From Octopus sinensis (Eukaryota): a stretch of 48,736 nt of DNA. The DNA is taken from positions 1 through 48,736 of the forward strand of contig NW_021834388.1 in assembly GCF_006345805.1 (NCBI RefSeq). The letters run 5' to 3'. The notes below the pieces were generated by a model. It was not told the DNA's origin, did not search any database, and saw only the letters and a program-made list of their open reading frames with translations. Made by a program: the position numbers and the translations under genes. Each line of letters starts with the position of its first letter. The first letter of the stretch is position 1. Below are positions 34,758 through 48,736 of the stretch, piece by piece.

Positions 34758-35895
34758 TAATAATAATAATAACAATACACACACACACATATAAGCTTGT
34801 ATGCATATGTGTGATGGGGGATTTCTTTGGACTGGACGGTGACAAAGGATAGTATATTTGGTATATTCCACAAGTGATAGGGAAGAGGTAGAGGATGGAA
34901 TAATTTGCCAAATTTGATGATTCGCTGTTTTGATATTTATTACTTGCCGGAAATATCTGAGTAAATCTAATTCTTTTTTTTTCATTTGAGAAATGCTTCG
35001 AATCACACGGTCTGCAGCTCTGCTTGCTTTTTATTCAGCAGGTAAAACAACAACAACAACAACAACAGCTACAGATACAGGCAATAGGAACAACAACAAG
35101 ATCAAGCAACGAAACACTAAGTACTCTGTCTGTTTCTGCGTCTACCTTTTTTCCTGCTTCTTCCCATCTCGAATGTATTTGAATCAACTGTAGACAATGT
35201 CAGAGTCGTAAAAACCCATTTGTCAGATAGCTAACACATCGTTAACTACATGGCCTCGTCTTCTTCCTCTTCCTCACACCATGATATACGAAACCTTAAT
35301 GTTTATATATTCCACAGATGTTTTAACTATATTGGCCAACATTAGCTAGCTTTATGACTTTTCATTAATCACTAATATCTCTGTGAAGGGAGTATAAAGT
35401 AACTTCTGCTGTGTGCATGTTCGCATACACTCACACATGCCCACACACACATCATGCATCATGCATGCACACAAACACACGTATATATTTACACACATGC
35501 TCACGTATGTCTGTGTGTATGTTTGCATATATAATTATATCTCTATATATATACATACACAAACACAAACCGTACATATATATATATATATATGCATGTA
35601 TAATCTACATTTATATTGTCAAGTTTCATACATATATATATATATATATATATATACGTATGTATATATAATATACACATGAACATATGCATATATACAG
35701 TATGTTTTATATATAAACATATTACGTATGTCATATATGTATAGATGTATCTGCATAGACACATACGTGCACACATGCACACACACGTATATATACGCGC
35801 GTTCGTTCAACCATACATATTTGTGGAATGCGTATAAATATATGTATTTGTACGTATTCATATATATATATATATATATGTATGAATACGTACAA

Positions 35896-35946
<51 letters not shown>

Positions 35947-36138
35947 ATATATATACTATATTTATGTAATACATAATATATATGCACATGTATTTATGTA
36001 TGTACGTACGTATGCGTGTGAGTATAATATATATACATATACATACATACACATACACATTTATATACATATACATATACATATACATACATACATACAT
36101 ACATACATACATACATACATAATACATACATACATACA

Positions 36139-36226
<88 letters not shown>

Positions 36227-36641
36227 GCGCAGGAGTGGCTGTGTGGTTAGTAGCTTGCTAGCCAACCACATGGCTCCGGGTTCAGTCCCACTGCGTGGCA
36301 TCTTGGGCAAGTGTCTTCTGCTACAGCCCCGGGCCGACCAATGCCTTGTGAGTGGATTTGGTAGACGGAAACTGAAAAAAGCCTGTCGTATATATGTATA
36401 TATATATGTATGTAAGTGTATGTGTTTGTGTGTCTGTGTTTGTACCCCTAGCATTACTTGACAACCGATGCTGGTGTGTTTACGTCCCCGTCACTTAGCG
36501 GTTCGGCAAAAGAGACCGATAGAATAAGTACTGGGCTTACAAAGAATAAGTCCCGGGGTCGATTTGCTCGACTAAAGGCGGTGCTCCAGCATGGCCGCAG
36601 TCAAATGACTGAAACATGTAAAAGAGTAAAAGAGTAAAAGA

Positions 36642-36644
<3 letters not shown>
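36227..36644 (+). mobile_element. SINE family A, full length, in (TA)n
   Basis: Near-identical to 1970-2384. Confidence 0.92.
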
Positions 36645-36680
<36 letters not shown>

Positions 36681-37208
36681 CATGCCATAACTACTCTTTG
36701 CAACTTGTTGGTACAAGAATCTATAAGAAATCTGGTAATATGTTGAGAACAAGCTGGGTGCCATCGTAACCTCATAGTTATTTTCTCTGGTATATATGAT
36801 GGAAAACAAGGTAAAGCAGAAAAAAGTCTGAGAATGCATTTTCTTAATTCCCTGTCGCCAGTTTGTGTAAGACATCACAAAAAAACCTATGTTGATTGCC
36901 GAGTCGATAACCTTTTCGGCGTCAACAGTTCCGATCATTTGATCAAGATATCATACGAGTTGCTGTTTTTGTTATTTCAAGACATTTCTAAAGGAAGCTT
37001 TTGATAACTGCTAGCGCAATCTTATTTGATCGAACGATGTACAACCACTGAATATATTACATATATGAAAGTCCAATGTATTTGAGCTTTACAGAAATCA
37101 CGCCCCAGTACAGTAGATCTTTGTCGGTAGATCTTTGATTATTGTTGCTGTTGCTGCTGATGCTGTTGTTGTTAAATTCAATCGCTCAATACTGATGTAT
37201 CAGATCTA

Positions 37209-37343
37209 TGGTGACAGGTATTCCAACTATGACCATGCCAATGTTGTTGGAACTATTTACAAGATGAAGTTTGATTTGGTGACAGGTATTCCAGCTATGA
37301 CCATGCCAATGTTATTGGAACTATTTACAAGATGAAGTTTGAT
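37209..37343 (+). repeat. 68-bp tandem duplication
   Basis: TGGTGACAGGTATTCCA.CTATGACCATGCCAATGTT.TTGGAACTATTTACAAGATGAAGTTTGAT at 37209 and 37277. Confidence 0.93.
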
Positions 37344-37964
37344 ATTATGATCAATTTGGCTGCTATTTCTACTGTCGCAGGAGTCTGATTGTTGTTGTTG
37401 CTGTTGCTATTACTGTAATTTGGCCTGAAAATGCTGATCCAACAGATCTGTGACCAAAGACTTTCCATCTGGGTTCATTTCATCTTTTCACTTATGTTCC
37501 AGAAACTAAAGATTCAATTTTTCATTTTCTCTTGTTCTATCTGCGACAGCAGGCTTGGATTGCGACAGAATTGGGCTGAGGTCAAGTGGTCTATTTATGA
37601 GATATTCTGAAGAGTCCATAGTGAGAAGAATGTACTTCACTGGGGTGGAGTAATTCCATTAGGATGAGTTTTCCAACTTCCTATTCCGGGCAGGTGAGAT
37701 TTTGACTCAGTTTTTTTTTATGGTACTCACAATTCCTCCCAACACTCCTCTCTCTCTCTCCCTCTTTCGCTATCTCTTTATCTCTCTCTCTCACACTCTC
37801 ACATGTTCACTCACTCACTCATACAAACTCATATCCACACTCACGCACACATACTCACATTAACATTGACATACACATTCATTCGCACATGCACACTCAC
37901 GCTCTCGCTCACACTCACACTCTTACATTCACACTCACTTTCACACGTAATTACTCACATACAC

Positions 37965-38008
<44 letters not shown>

Positions 38009-38906
38009 TCACACACACACACAAACACACACACACACACACACTTTCACTGGTACACACAAACACACACATACTCACACTCATTCACATGCGCACCATG
38101 TTACTCACATACACTGTCACTTACATACACACTTTCTTGCATATACACACATTCACACATACGCTCTTTGGTCAAGAATCCAATAAGGTACGTACTTAGT
38201 CTCTTATTTGACAAAGTGGACGTGACGTCATCATCTCGTAATAACGCCATGTACTTTAAATTGAGCTGAATTAGTAAAATCTACTAAATAACATAACGTT
38301 GAGATTATCATTGGTACAACTGGTAATTAAAGCTGTAATCATTACATTAAAAGCTTAATTAATAAAATCTGCTAACTTCTGTACTAACATTTAGTAGATT
38401 ATCGCTAACGACTGGTAATAAAAGCTACAATTATTTCATTAAGTTTCTGGTGCTAGATTAACGAAATACTTTAACATTAGTAAGTATAACTGCGGAAGCT
38501 AATATGGAAATATGCATATCAATATCGGTAATGGTAGCAGAAAGAGCAGCTACAGCAGCAGCCGTCCAAGAATTTGGACCTGGAGATCTCCATTTTCAGC
38601 GACTTCGAGGGCCACCTCCCAGTGGTGTCGGGCGTCAACGAAAAGCCCTCGACTAAAACAAGACGACCGAAGTTTTTTTTTTCCAAGGTCTGGGGTCTCC
38701 CGCCCCTAAGCCCTAGACCATCATCTAATCACTCTTACAAGTCTTGTTGCTTAAAAACAACAACAACAACAACAACAACAGCTACAGCAGCAGTTGTAGT
38801 AGTAGTAGTAACTATAGTAGTAGTAGTTGTAGTAAATGTTGTTGCAACTGTTGTTAAGTTTTCTTGCTGCTGCTGCTGATGATGGAGTTGTTGTTCTTGT
38901 TGCTTA

Positions 38907-39110
38907 TGGCGACGAACTGGCAGAATCGTTAGCGCACCGGACGTTCAAAATGCTTCAAGGCATTTCTTTCGGCTTTACGTTGTGAGTTCAAATGCTGCTT
39001 TTCATCATTTGGCGGGGTCGATAAAATAAATACCAGCTGAACACTGGGGTCGATGTAATTGACTTTACCCTTCCCTTAAAATCGCTGGCCTTGATCCAAA
39101 ATTTGAAACC
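38907..39110 (+). mobile_element. SINE family B, diverged (third tail type)
   Basis: ggcgacgaactggcagaatcgttagc..gagttcaaat..ggggtcgataaaata. Confidence 0.82.
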
Positions 39111-39434
39111 GTTGTTGTTGTTGTTGTTGTTGTTCTTCTTCTTCTTCTTCTTCTTCTTCTTCTTCTTCTTCTTCTTCTTCTTCTTCTTCTCTTCTTTTTC
39201 TTCTTCTTCTTCTTCTTCTTCTCTTCTTCTCTTCTTCTTCTTTCTTCTTCTTCTTCTTCTTCTTCTTCTTCTTCTTCTTCTTCTTCTTCTTCTTCTTGCG
39301 CTGTATGTCAACCTTCATCGAGTAGATCTATGATCAAAGGTTTTCGGTTGCTCTCAAGCATTTTTCGCTAGGCATAGTGTACGTAGGACTACATTATCCC
39401 ATGGCACCTATGCCGCCGTAGAGTTAGTAAAGAG

Positions 39435-39524
<90 letters not shown>

Positions 39525-39968
39525 AGGGAAGGGAGGACTGGGTGAAGAAACGTCACTGGAATCGTTTACGGATTTCCACGAGTCTCTCTGCTCTGAAAAC
39601 GAAGAGGCAATAAATCACGGCCTCCATCTGAAATTTTAGTTCCTGAGCACCTCGTGCTCCAAGGCAATTGATATAGCATGAGTATTATATTAAGTGAATG
39701 TTAAGTGAACGCTGATTAAATAGAGAAATCGTATCAATGAGGATGAATACTCTTTCAAATTACTCCTGACCGTTTTAAAGAGAGGAGCAACGTAGGTTTT
39801 CTATAAGTAGAGAAGAGAGACGGAGTAGTTACGGTTTGAACACCAGTCGAACGATTCAAAAAGGAAACTGGGAAACAAACATATTGATACACAGAGACAA
39901 CTCTGCACCAGACAGACGATAGGAATGCTGGGAAGATAGAAACAGTTTTAGTAAAAAATACACATATA

Positions 39969-40392
39969 GGCGCAGGAGTGGCTGTGTGGTAAGTAGCTTG
40001 CTAACCAACCACATGGTTCCGGGTTCAGTCCCACTGCGTGGCACCTTGGGCAAGTGTCTTCTGCTATAGCCCCGGGCCGACCAATGCCTTGTGAGTGGAT
40101 TTGGTAGACGGAAACTCAAAGAAGCCTGTCGTATATATGTATATATATGTATATATGTGTATGTGTGTGTGTTTGTGTGTGTGTGTTTGTCCCCCTAGCA
40201 TTGCTTGACAACCGATGCTGGTGTGTTTACGTCCCTGTAACTTAGCGGTTCGGCAAAAAGAGACCAATAGAATAAGTACTGGGCTTACAAAGAATAAGTC
40301 CCGGGGTCGATTTGCTCGGCTAAAGGCGGTGCTCCAGCATGGCCGCAGTCAAATGACTGAAACAAGTAAAAGAGTAAAAGAGTAAAAGAGTA
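39969..40392 (+). mobile_element. SINE family A, full length
   Basis: Near-identical to the other family A copies. Confidence 0.92.
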
Positions 40393-41152
40393 TATAAAAA
40401 CAGCGGATACAAAACAACAAAATGTAATTCTTAACGTTTGCTAAATCATAATCAAATGCTGCAGAGAAAACCGGAAGTGCTCTCATTATCTTCCGTATGA
40501 AACTAAAATATTTATTTTACAAAAGATTTACGTTACAATCGAGCCAGTGGGGAAACCTCTACGCAGTTGATCTATCTGCTAGTCATAGTAGTCAGGTATT
40601 TTTAAAATTACACCCGTCTTTAAAAAATTGGAAGAGAATATGGGATAATACAACCTTAGATACACTAAGATAAAATGTGGTGGTCATGGATGGATAACCT
40701 ATGTATACACAGCAAAGAAAACCGGTACTGCTGGCGTTAATTTTCCTGCAATGTCTTCAGTTTCAGTAGAAATTTTACAACAGCTACACAAATTGCTAAT
40801 CTAAGAAATCTAAGCTCATAGTTCTTGTCTATCGGGACCAACATAGAATTAAACAACAAAACAACGATCACAGTGACAACGACACAAAGAAGCAACGAGA
40901 TTATAACCCGAATATAAACCCTCGAATGACTATTATACTCCTGTAAGGCATGACATCCCAAAGCAGAATGGAGAAGACCTCGTAACACATAAAATCAGGC
41001 ACATAGTACTAAAGAAAGGTTCTTCAAATATTAACAGGGATAGGAACATGGTGTAACGCCATTATTTTAAAAATAACCAGCAGAACATGAAATAACGTAA
41101 TAAAACTTAGCGGTATATCATTAACTTACAGATTCTGACATCATCATAACTA

Positions 41153-41388
41153 TCTATTTCTTTATTACCCACAAGGGGCTAAACACAGAGGGGACAAACA
41201 AGGACAGACATAGGTATTAAGTCGATTACATCGACCCCAGTGCGTAACTGGTACTTAATTAATCGACCCCGAAAGGATGAAAGGAAAAGTCGACCTCGGC
41301 GGAATTTGAACTCAGAACGTTACGGCAGAGGAAATACGGCTACGCAATTCGTCCGACGTGCTAACGTTTCTACCAGCTCGCCGCCTTC
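41153..41388 (-). mobile_element. SINE family B with 15-bp TSD
   Basis: TSD ACATCATCATAACTA at 41138-41152 and 41389-41403. Confidence 0.92.
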
Positions 41389-41474
41389 ACATCATCATAA
41401 CTACCACCGACATAACATCACTAGCATGTATCATTATGAACAACAATAGCAACAATAGTGGTATAATCACTAAG

Positions 41475-42582
<1,108 letters not shown>

Positions 42583-42774
42583 TATTTACGTTACTTAAGG
42601 TATTTGCATTAAATCCAGTATGATGTTTCTGGTTTCCTTTCTACTTTCTCTTTATTCTGAACAAGAAAACGTTTTCTTAGCGGTTTTAGTAGTGTGTGTG
42701 GGTGGGTGTGTGAGTGTGTGCGGGGCGTATTTCGGTTGGGTGTTGATGTAATCTATCAAATCTACCATTCTATA

Positions 42775-43159
42775 TTCTTTTCTACTCTAGGCACAAGGCC
42801 GAAATTTTGGGGGAGGGGGCCAGTCAATTACGCAACTGCTACATAATTTATCGACCCCCGAAAGGATGAAAGACAAGGTTGACCTCGGCGGAATTTGAAC
42901 ACGGAGCATAAAGACAGACGAAATACCTATTTCTTTACTACACACAGGGGGCTAAACACAGAGAGGACAAACAAGGACAGACAAACGGATTAAGTTGATT
43001 ATATCGACCCCATGCGTAACAGGTACTTATTTAATCGACCCCGAAATGATGAAAGGTAAAGTCGACCTCGGCGGAATTTGAACTCAGAACGTAGCGGCAG
43101 ACGAAATACGGCTACGCATTTTGCCCGGCGTGCTAACGTTTCTACCAGCTCGCCACCTT
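42775..43159 (-). mobile_element. Heterodimeric SINE family B with ~17-bp TSD
   Basis: Two cores joined at the same AAAGAAATAGG/TATTTCGTCTG junction as 30047-30461; TSD AAATCTACCATT(C/T)TATA at 42758-42774 and 43160-43176. Confidence 0.9.
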
Positions 43160-43680
43160 AAATCTACCATTTTATATAATACTGGTATGCCGGAAAAATG
43201 TTTGATAAGCAGAATAAACCGTTTGCCCATTCAGCAATATCTCTGTTAGCATGGTGATGCTGTTTATCAAGCATTTTCTATTTCATCAGTAATATATCAG
43301 GGTAGACTGACATCCACATATACGCATATATATATGTGTGTGTATATATATGTGTGTGTGTGTATGTGTGTTTAGCATCGTCCTCTATGGGACCGCCACT
43401 TTTAGTTAGCAATTATATGTTACGATATGTATGATTAGTTCTCTCTCTCTCATTCTCCCCCGGAATCGATTTTTGTAATTGTTTCAAGTCTTATACACGT
43501 CCTGATACCGTCGGTATCTACATATCAAATGTTAGCGCAATCGGATGGAGGATGCCCGAGATCCTAGAAGACACACACACAGACATGCTTAATTATTTTT
43601 TAATGAAAAGAAAACACTGATTGCTTTTTATTCAGCAAATATGACTCAGCACTGTCCATTGGAAGAGGGGCGTTTTACTA

Positions 43681-43726
<46 letters not shown>

Positions 43727-43870
43727 TGTGTGTGTATGTGTGTGTGTGTGTGTGTGTATTCGTGTGTGTGTGAGTGAGTGTTTATGTGTAAATATGTGTG
43801 TGTGTGGGTATATGATTAGTTGAGTTATTTAATTTTGTGCATGCATATGCATTATTTATCTATCTATCTG

Positions 43871-43953
<83 letters not shown>

Positions 43954-44909
43954 GTATGTATGTATGTTTGTGTATAAATATGTATATCTGTGTTTGTGCG
44001 TGTGTGTGCGTTTATATATATATATACACACTCATACACATATACGTGTGTGTGTGTGTATGCATGCGTGTGAATGAGTAGGTATATGTGCATATGATTA
44101 TATGGCTGTATTGAGTACATACACACAAACACCCACCCATTATGCAAAAATCGCACTCACACACACACACACACACACACGCGCGCACACATATAGGTCA
44201 ATTACGATTAAGCAACAAACACAATCGCTCCTTGTGTTACTTATGAATGATTTCTTTCACATTCCATCTGCCAACACAGGTTACCTGCAAAGTCTCCATA
44301 TAATTGTGGCTGTTGTTGCTGTTATTATTGTTGTAGCTGTTAGCTTTCGCGACACCTTTCTCTTCCTGTTCGAGATACATTATGCCTATTGTTGTTGTTG
44401 TTGTTGTGTTGTTGCTGTTGTCTTTCGCATTAGCATTCTCTCTCACCCCCTCCACCAAAGTCTCACTTTCCCTTCTCCTTTTTCTTATTTCCGTCTTCAC
44501 ACAATGTTGTTGCTGTTGTTGTTGTTGTTGTTGTTAACGGGGGTCGATCCATATAAGAAAGCAAATACTTTTTAAAAGTGGCAGTGGAGTCGTCCTCCTC
44601 ATTATCACCCCGTCCCACGACTACCACCAACACCACCACTACCACCACCACACCACCACCACACCACCACCATGCATGCCCCCCCGCTCAACATTAACAA
44701 CGACAACACCATACAGAAACATATATACGATCGTCATCATGCATTACAGAGACTTTTCATAGAGAAGAAGGGCACAGGGTAGCAAGTTCCATGATAAGAT
44801 GAAAGACAGGGTGGTCATAACTGGAATACCTTTCATCATGTCTGCTTGATCAGTACTGACTTTTGTTAAACAACGCGCGCGTGCGTGCACACACACACGC
44901 ACACGCACA

Positions 44910-45978
44910 CATGAGGGTAAGTCAAAAATTATCCGCACTTTCTTCGGTGGTCGCGAGCTAAAAGGTAGAACTCTTCAGGTTACGTTACAGAGCTTTTATT
45001 CTCATCCATTCAGTTTTCTCTCTCGTGCTCCAGAATAAAAATGGTCGCTCCGCTGGCAGTGTGCATTAAGGAAGAACAAAGATCAGTGATCCGATTTCTC
45101 TAGTCTGAAGTGGTGTCAGGTACTGAAACTCATTACTTGTTTTTAGCCCAGTACAGGGACAGCACTTTACCACGTAAAAATGTGTATGGGTGGACCTAGA
45201 AGTTTTAATGTTACAAGACTTGGAGGAAGCACGAAGAGAGAGCAGGGCACCTAGTCTCCGCCACCGACGCGAAGATTCGACAAACTCAAGAGGTGGTTCT
45301 GGCGAACTGATGAGTGACTATCGATGAGGTCACATTTTCTCTGCAAATTAGTCATGGCTCTGCATGCGAAGTCATCCACAACAAGCTCCGCTTTCGTAAA
45401 GTGTGTGCGCGTTGGGTGCCTATGGAGCTTACCGAAATGCGTAAGATCTGTCAATGCTTACTCGACTACTACAACGATGAAGACGAAAAGTATTTGGAGA
45501 GAATAATCACTGGAGGTGAGACCTGGGTCCATAACTTTCGAGTAGAAATAACCGTAATCGCCAGCAAAAAAAAAAAAAATTCATGACTAAATCTTCGCAG
45601 AAAAAGTGATAGGAGTTTTTCGGGACGCAAAAATGTCTACACTGGAACACTTCCTGGATAAGGGTGCTACAGTTTCCAATGTAGGCTACAGTGCAATGCT
45701 GGCCAACAAACGAAGACCAGCAATTCGCACCAACTGCCTAGGCCTATTGTCAACACAAGTATTATTGTTGCACGTCAATGCACGACCACATACGGCCGCC
45801 TACACCGTTGAAACAATTCAAAAATTGGATTTCGAGTTGCTGGAATAGCCAGCGTACAATCCAGATCACATTCCTTCCGACTATCACCTCTTTGGACGAC
45901 TCAATGAATAGCTGCGCGACCAACCGAAAACTTTCTCCGATGGAATAAGTAAACTTGTGGACTGCTGAAAGATGTGCA
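44910..45978 (+). mobile_element. Decayed mariner (DD34D-type) transposon, 3' end lost
   Basis: Putative left TIR GAGGGTAAGTCAAAAATTATCCGCAC; EQRSVIRFL, KVCARWVPMELT, RIITGGETWVH, LLHVNARPHTA, PAYNPDHIPSDYHLFG; many stops. Confidence 0.9.
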
Positions 45979-46029
45979 ACCCCTGTGCAATTGCGTATGA
46001 TTTCTGAGTTCCCTCGTATAGATGAAAGA

Positions 46030-46770
46030 AGGTAAAATATCCACGCTGTGGGAAGAGTCGAATTCATTCTTGCTCAAAAGAAGGGTGATAAAGAAAATCT
46101 AAGGAACTACCGCCCCATTTATCTCTTGTCTCACATCTATAAGCTGCTTATAATAGTCACCAGACTATTGAGACACCTCGATGACCAGTAACTAAGGAAG
46201 GAAGCAAGTTTCAGTTTGAACTACAGTACGACGGATCATAGATTCACTCTGACATAGCTGATAGAACGATCGTAAGAATACAAGCTGCCTTTGTGTCGAC
46301 AACGAAAAAGACTTTGATTGCGTCGAGATGAGCGCAATACCAAAAAACTCCGAAAATGCAAGGTATTGGGATATTATTCTGCTATAGCTACCAGTAAGAG
46401 TTCTAGAACGCCGCCAAACAAAGAAATACCATCTCCCCAAAGCTCTTCCCCACATGTCCAGAAATGGTCATCAGACATTGACTGGACAGGTGGCGTGATT
46501 ATCAGCGGCGAGTTACTATCATATTTCCGATTCACAGATGACAGTGTACTGATCGCCGAAACTACAGATCAGCCGTAGACCATACTGACAGAGCTAGACA
46601 CTTTATAGCTCGACGGCAATAAGCTATAAAGTGAACCGCATGAAAACAAAATATATACAATCTCAAGACGTAGTACGAAGACAAATAGAGATGGGAAGTA
46701 ATGAAACAGAAGTAAAGGAGTACATCTACTTAGGGCAAATAGTGAATATGTGCCGAGACATGCATTACAG
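46030..46770 (+). mobile_element. Decayed RTE-clade LINE RT fragment
   Basis: KKGDKENLRNYRPIYLLSHIYKL; ISGELLSYFRFTDDSVLIAET (from LRFADD); VKEYIYLGQ. Confidence 0.85.
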
Positions 46771-47151
46771 AAATCTTACTGAGCACAATGTAAAACTGCG
46801 CCTTTGATGCAAGTTTGATGAAGTGCCACTCTAATGTATAAAACTACAAATAAGACGTAAATTTCCACTTTGAACTTTTACGTAACTGGTGTTCAAAGCA
46901 GAGTTGGTACAAAAACAATTGTAACTGATCATTAAAGATGTGTTAAAGTTTTTCTTTGTCTTATCATTTGGATTATATTTTACTCTTCGCTAAACCCTCA
47001 CAGCCGTCGTGAAAGTAGAGTTTTCTGTACTTAAAGAATTTCGGTATTAGTCTGGAATTCACTCGGTGTGAGTGCTGCGTTATTGGAAGTACCATATCTT
47101 TATATCCTACCAAGATCTTATAGATACACACATACGTATATATACATACAT

Positions 47152-47232
<81 letters not shown>

Positions 47233-47356
47233 GTACACACACACAGACACACACACACACACATATATGTATATATACACGTTAGCACATAAGTGCAAAA
47301 CAAGACAGAAAAAATAGTACTTGAATACCAAAAGTTGAGTAGTATGTTTTTATTCA

Positions 47357-47407
47357 TCACAACCGTTCGACGAACGGGAACGTGAAACTCTGAGTAACAG
47401 TTTTGTG
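47357..47407 (+). ncRNA. Degenerate type I minimal hammerhead ribozyme motif (Penelope-associated type)
   Basis: AACCGT-TCGACGA-ACG ggaa CGT-GAA-ACTC t GAGT-A-ACAGTT; all three stems can form, but the core is UCGACGA instead of CUGANGA. Confidence 0.55.
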
Positions 47408-47441
47408 ACAATTTTGTAGCTTTAACAAAATACCTACTTAC

Positions 47442-47487
<46 letters not shown>

Positions 47488-48030
47488 TGCGTGTGTGCGC
47501 GTGTGCGTGCGCGCACACACAAATTTAGACACACTGATGATGATTCAGTGTTTCAGGATGTTCCAGGTATGCGAGTCCCTACCTGTGACATCCGCAAAGA
47601 CAGCTTTGATGGTTCGAAATTTACTGGGTAGACAGAAGTTTCATAAGTCTGAGTGTCATGGGAAATTCATTTTAAAGAAAGGGGTCACTGTGAATGTAAA
47701 AACTGGGAACGTCTACACTCTGCCCTGACCTATTTATCTCGACAAAGGATACGAGAGAAAAAGTGGACATACTTATACAATACGTTTTTAACAGCAAATT
47801 GGCGCGAGGGTCACCACTAGAGCGACTTTTATTATAAATCTGTTGGATCAAGACTAACCTGGGATGAGACGAAAATAACAACAGTAATAAGTATAATAAA
47901 GCGCACACAGGCACCCAGAGGCGCATGCAGACATATACGCACACAGTGCCAGCTACACAGACAGACATACACAACACGTACACACACAGATTGACAGACA
48001 GGTAGACAGACAGACAGACACACACACACA

Positions 48031-48063
<33 letters not shown>

Positions 48064-48527
48064 GTCGTCATGCCTGAATGGGCCATCGCCGTGAGAACTA
48101 CATAACACCTGTGAAAACATAACCGGATTTTTAACAGAGACATCCGTAGCAGACACCATGCGTTTGATTTAGTTTTCCTTGTACATAGCTACTATATACA
48201 ATTTGGAGAGGGGAAATGGAACGTCTGTTTCATATACATACATGCATACATATATATATATATACGTATATTATTGCATACATATATACATGATTACAGA
48301 TATACATATATACATATACATATGTAAATACATATATGTATATATGTGTATGTCTATGTGTGCGTATGTATGTTTATATACATACACATGTCTATACATG
48401 CATATATATACATACATACATATGCACTTGCACGAAAGATAAATTTAGATGTATTATATGTATATCAACCTGTATATGTATGTGTGTATGTATGTGCGTG
48501 TGTGAGTTGTGTGTGTGAGTATTCTTG

Positions 48528-48566
<39 letters not shown>

Positions 48567-48736
48567 TACTTTATTTTTGTATTTTGTAAGCACGAAGATG
48601 TGTGTGTATTGCATATATATATATAATACATAAATACATACACACACACATATATATATATAACAAATATATATCAAATGTATAGGCATGAGATAAATGC
48701 ATATATGTATACGTGTATATATATATATATATATAT

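Noticed and set aside
36690-37000. 133-aa minus-strand ORF with MAPSLFSTY
   Set aside because: Possibly a very old LINE RT relic (QG..LAP.LF), but it runs into microsatellite and SINE sequence; not a host gene and too weak to annotate.
48061-48108. Minus-strand exon candidate after a ttttcacag acceptor
   Set aside because: The only donor is the start of a (GT)n tract, and there is no recognisable peptide.

Overview
Repeat-saturated, AT-rich eukaryotic DNA, intronic or intergenic. The SINE families and extreme microsatellite density point to an octopus (coleoid cephalopod) genome; this is inferred from recalled repeat families, not from a search. No host gene is identifiable, only one weak micro-exon candidate, and nearly all ORFs in the track are microsatellite translations. 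The main coding feature is a nearly intact R4/Dong-clade non-LTR retrotransposon (9686-13499, minus strand) encoding RT, a CCHC knuckle and a restriction-like endonuclease, broken by a single 1-nt frameshift and embedded in (TAA)n. Four other Dong-type remnants and two copies of a ~0.5-kb non-coding element occupy (TAA)n arrays in the same orientation. Also present: three tRNA-derived SINE families (some with TSDs, two dimeric), a composite Helitron inserted in a SINE tail, decayed mariner and maT-like transposons, a MITE with a CTCF-like motif, RTE and CR1-group LINE fragments, degenerate Penelope-type hammerhead motifs, and an 82-bp near-perfect inverted repeat.
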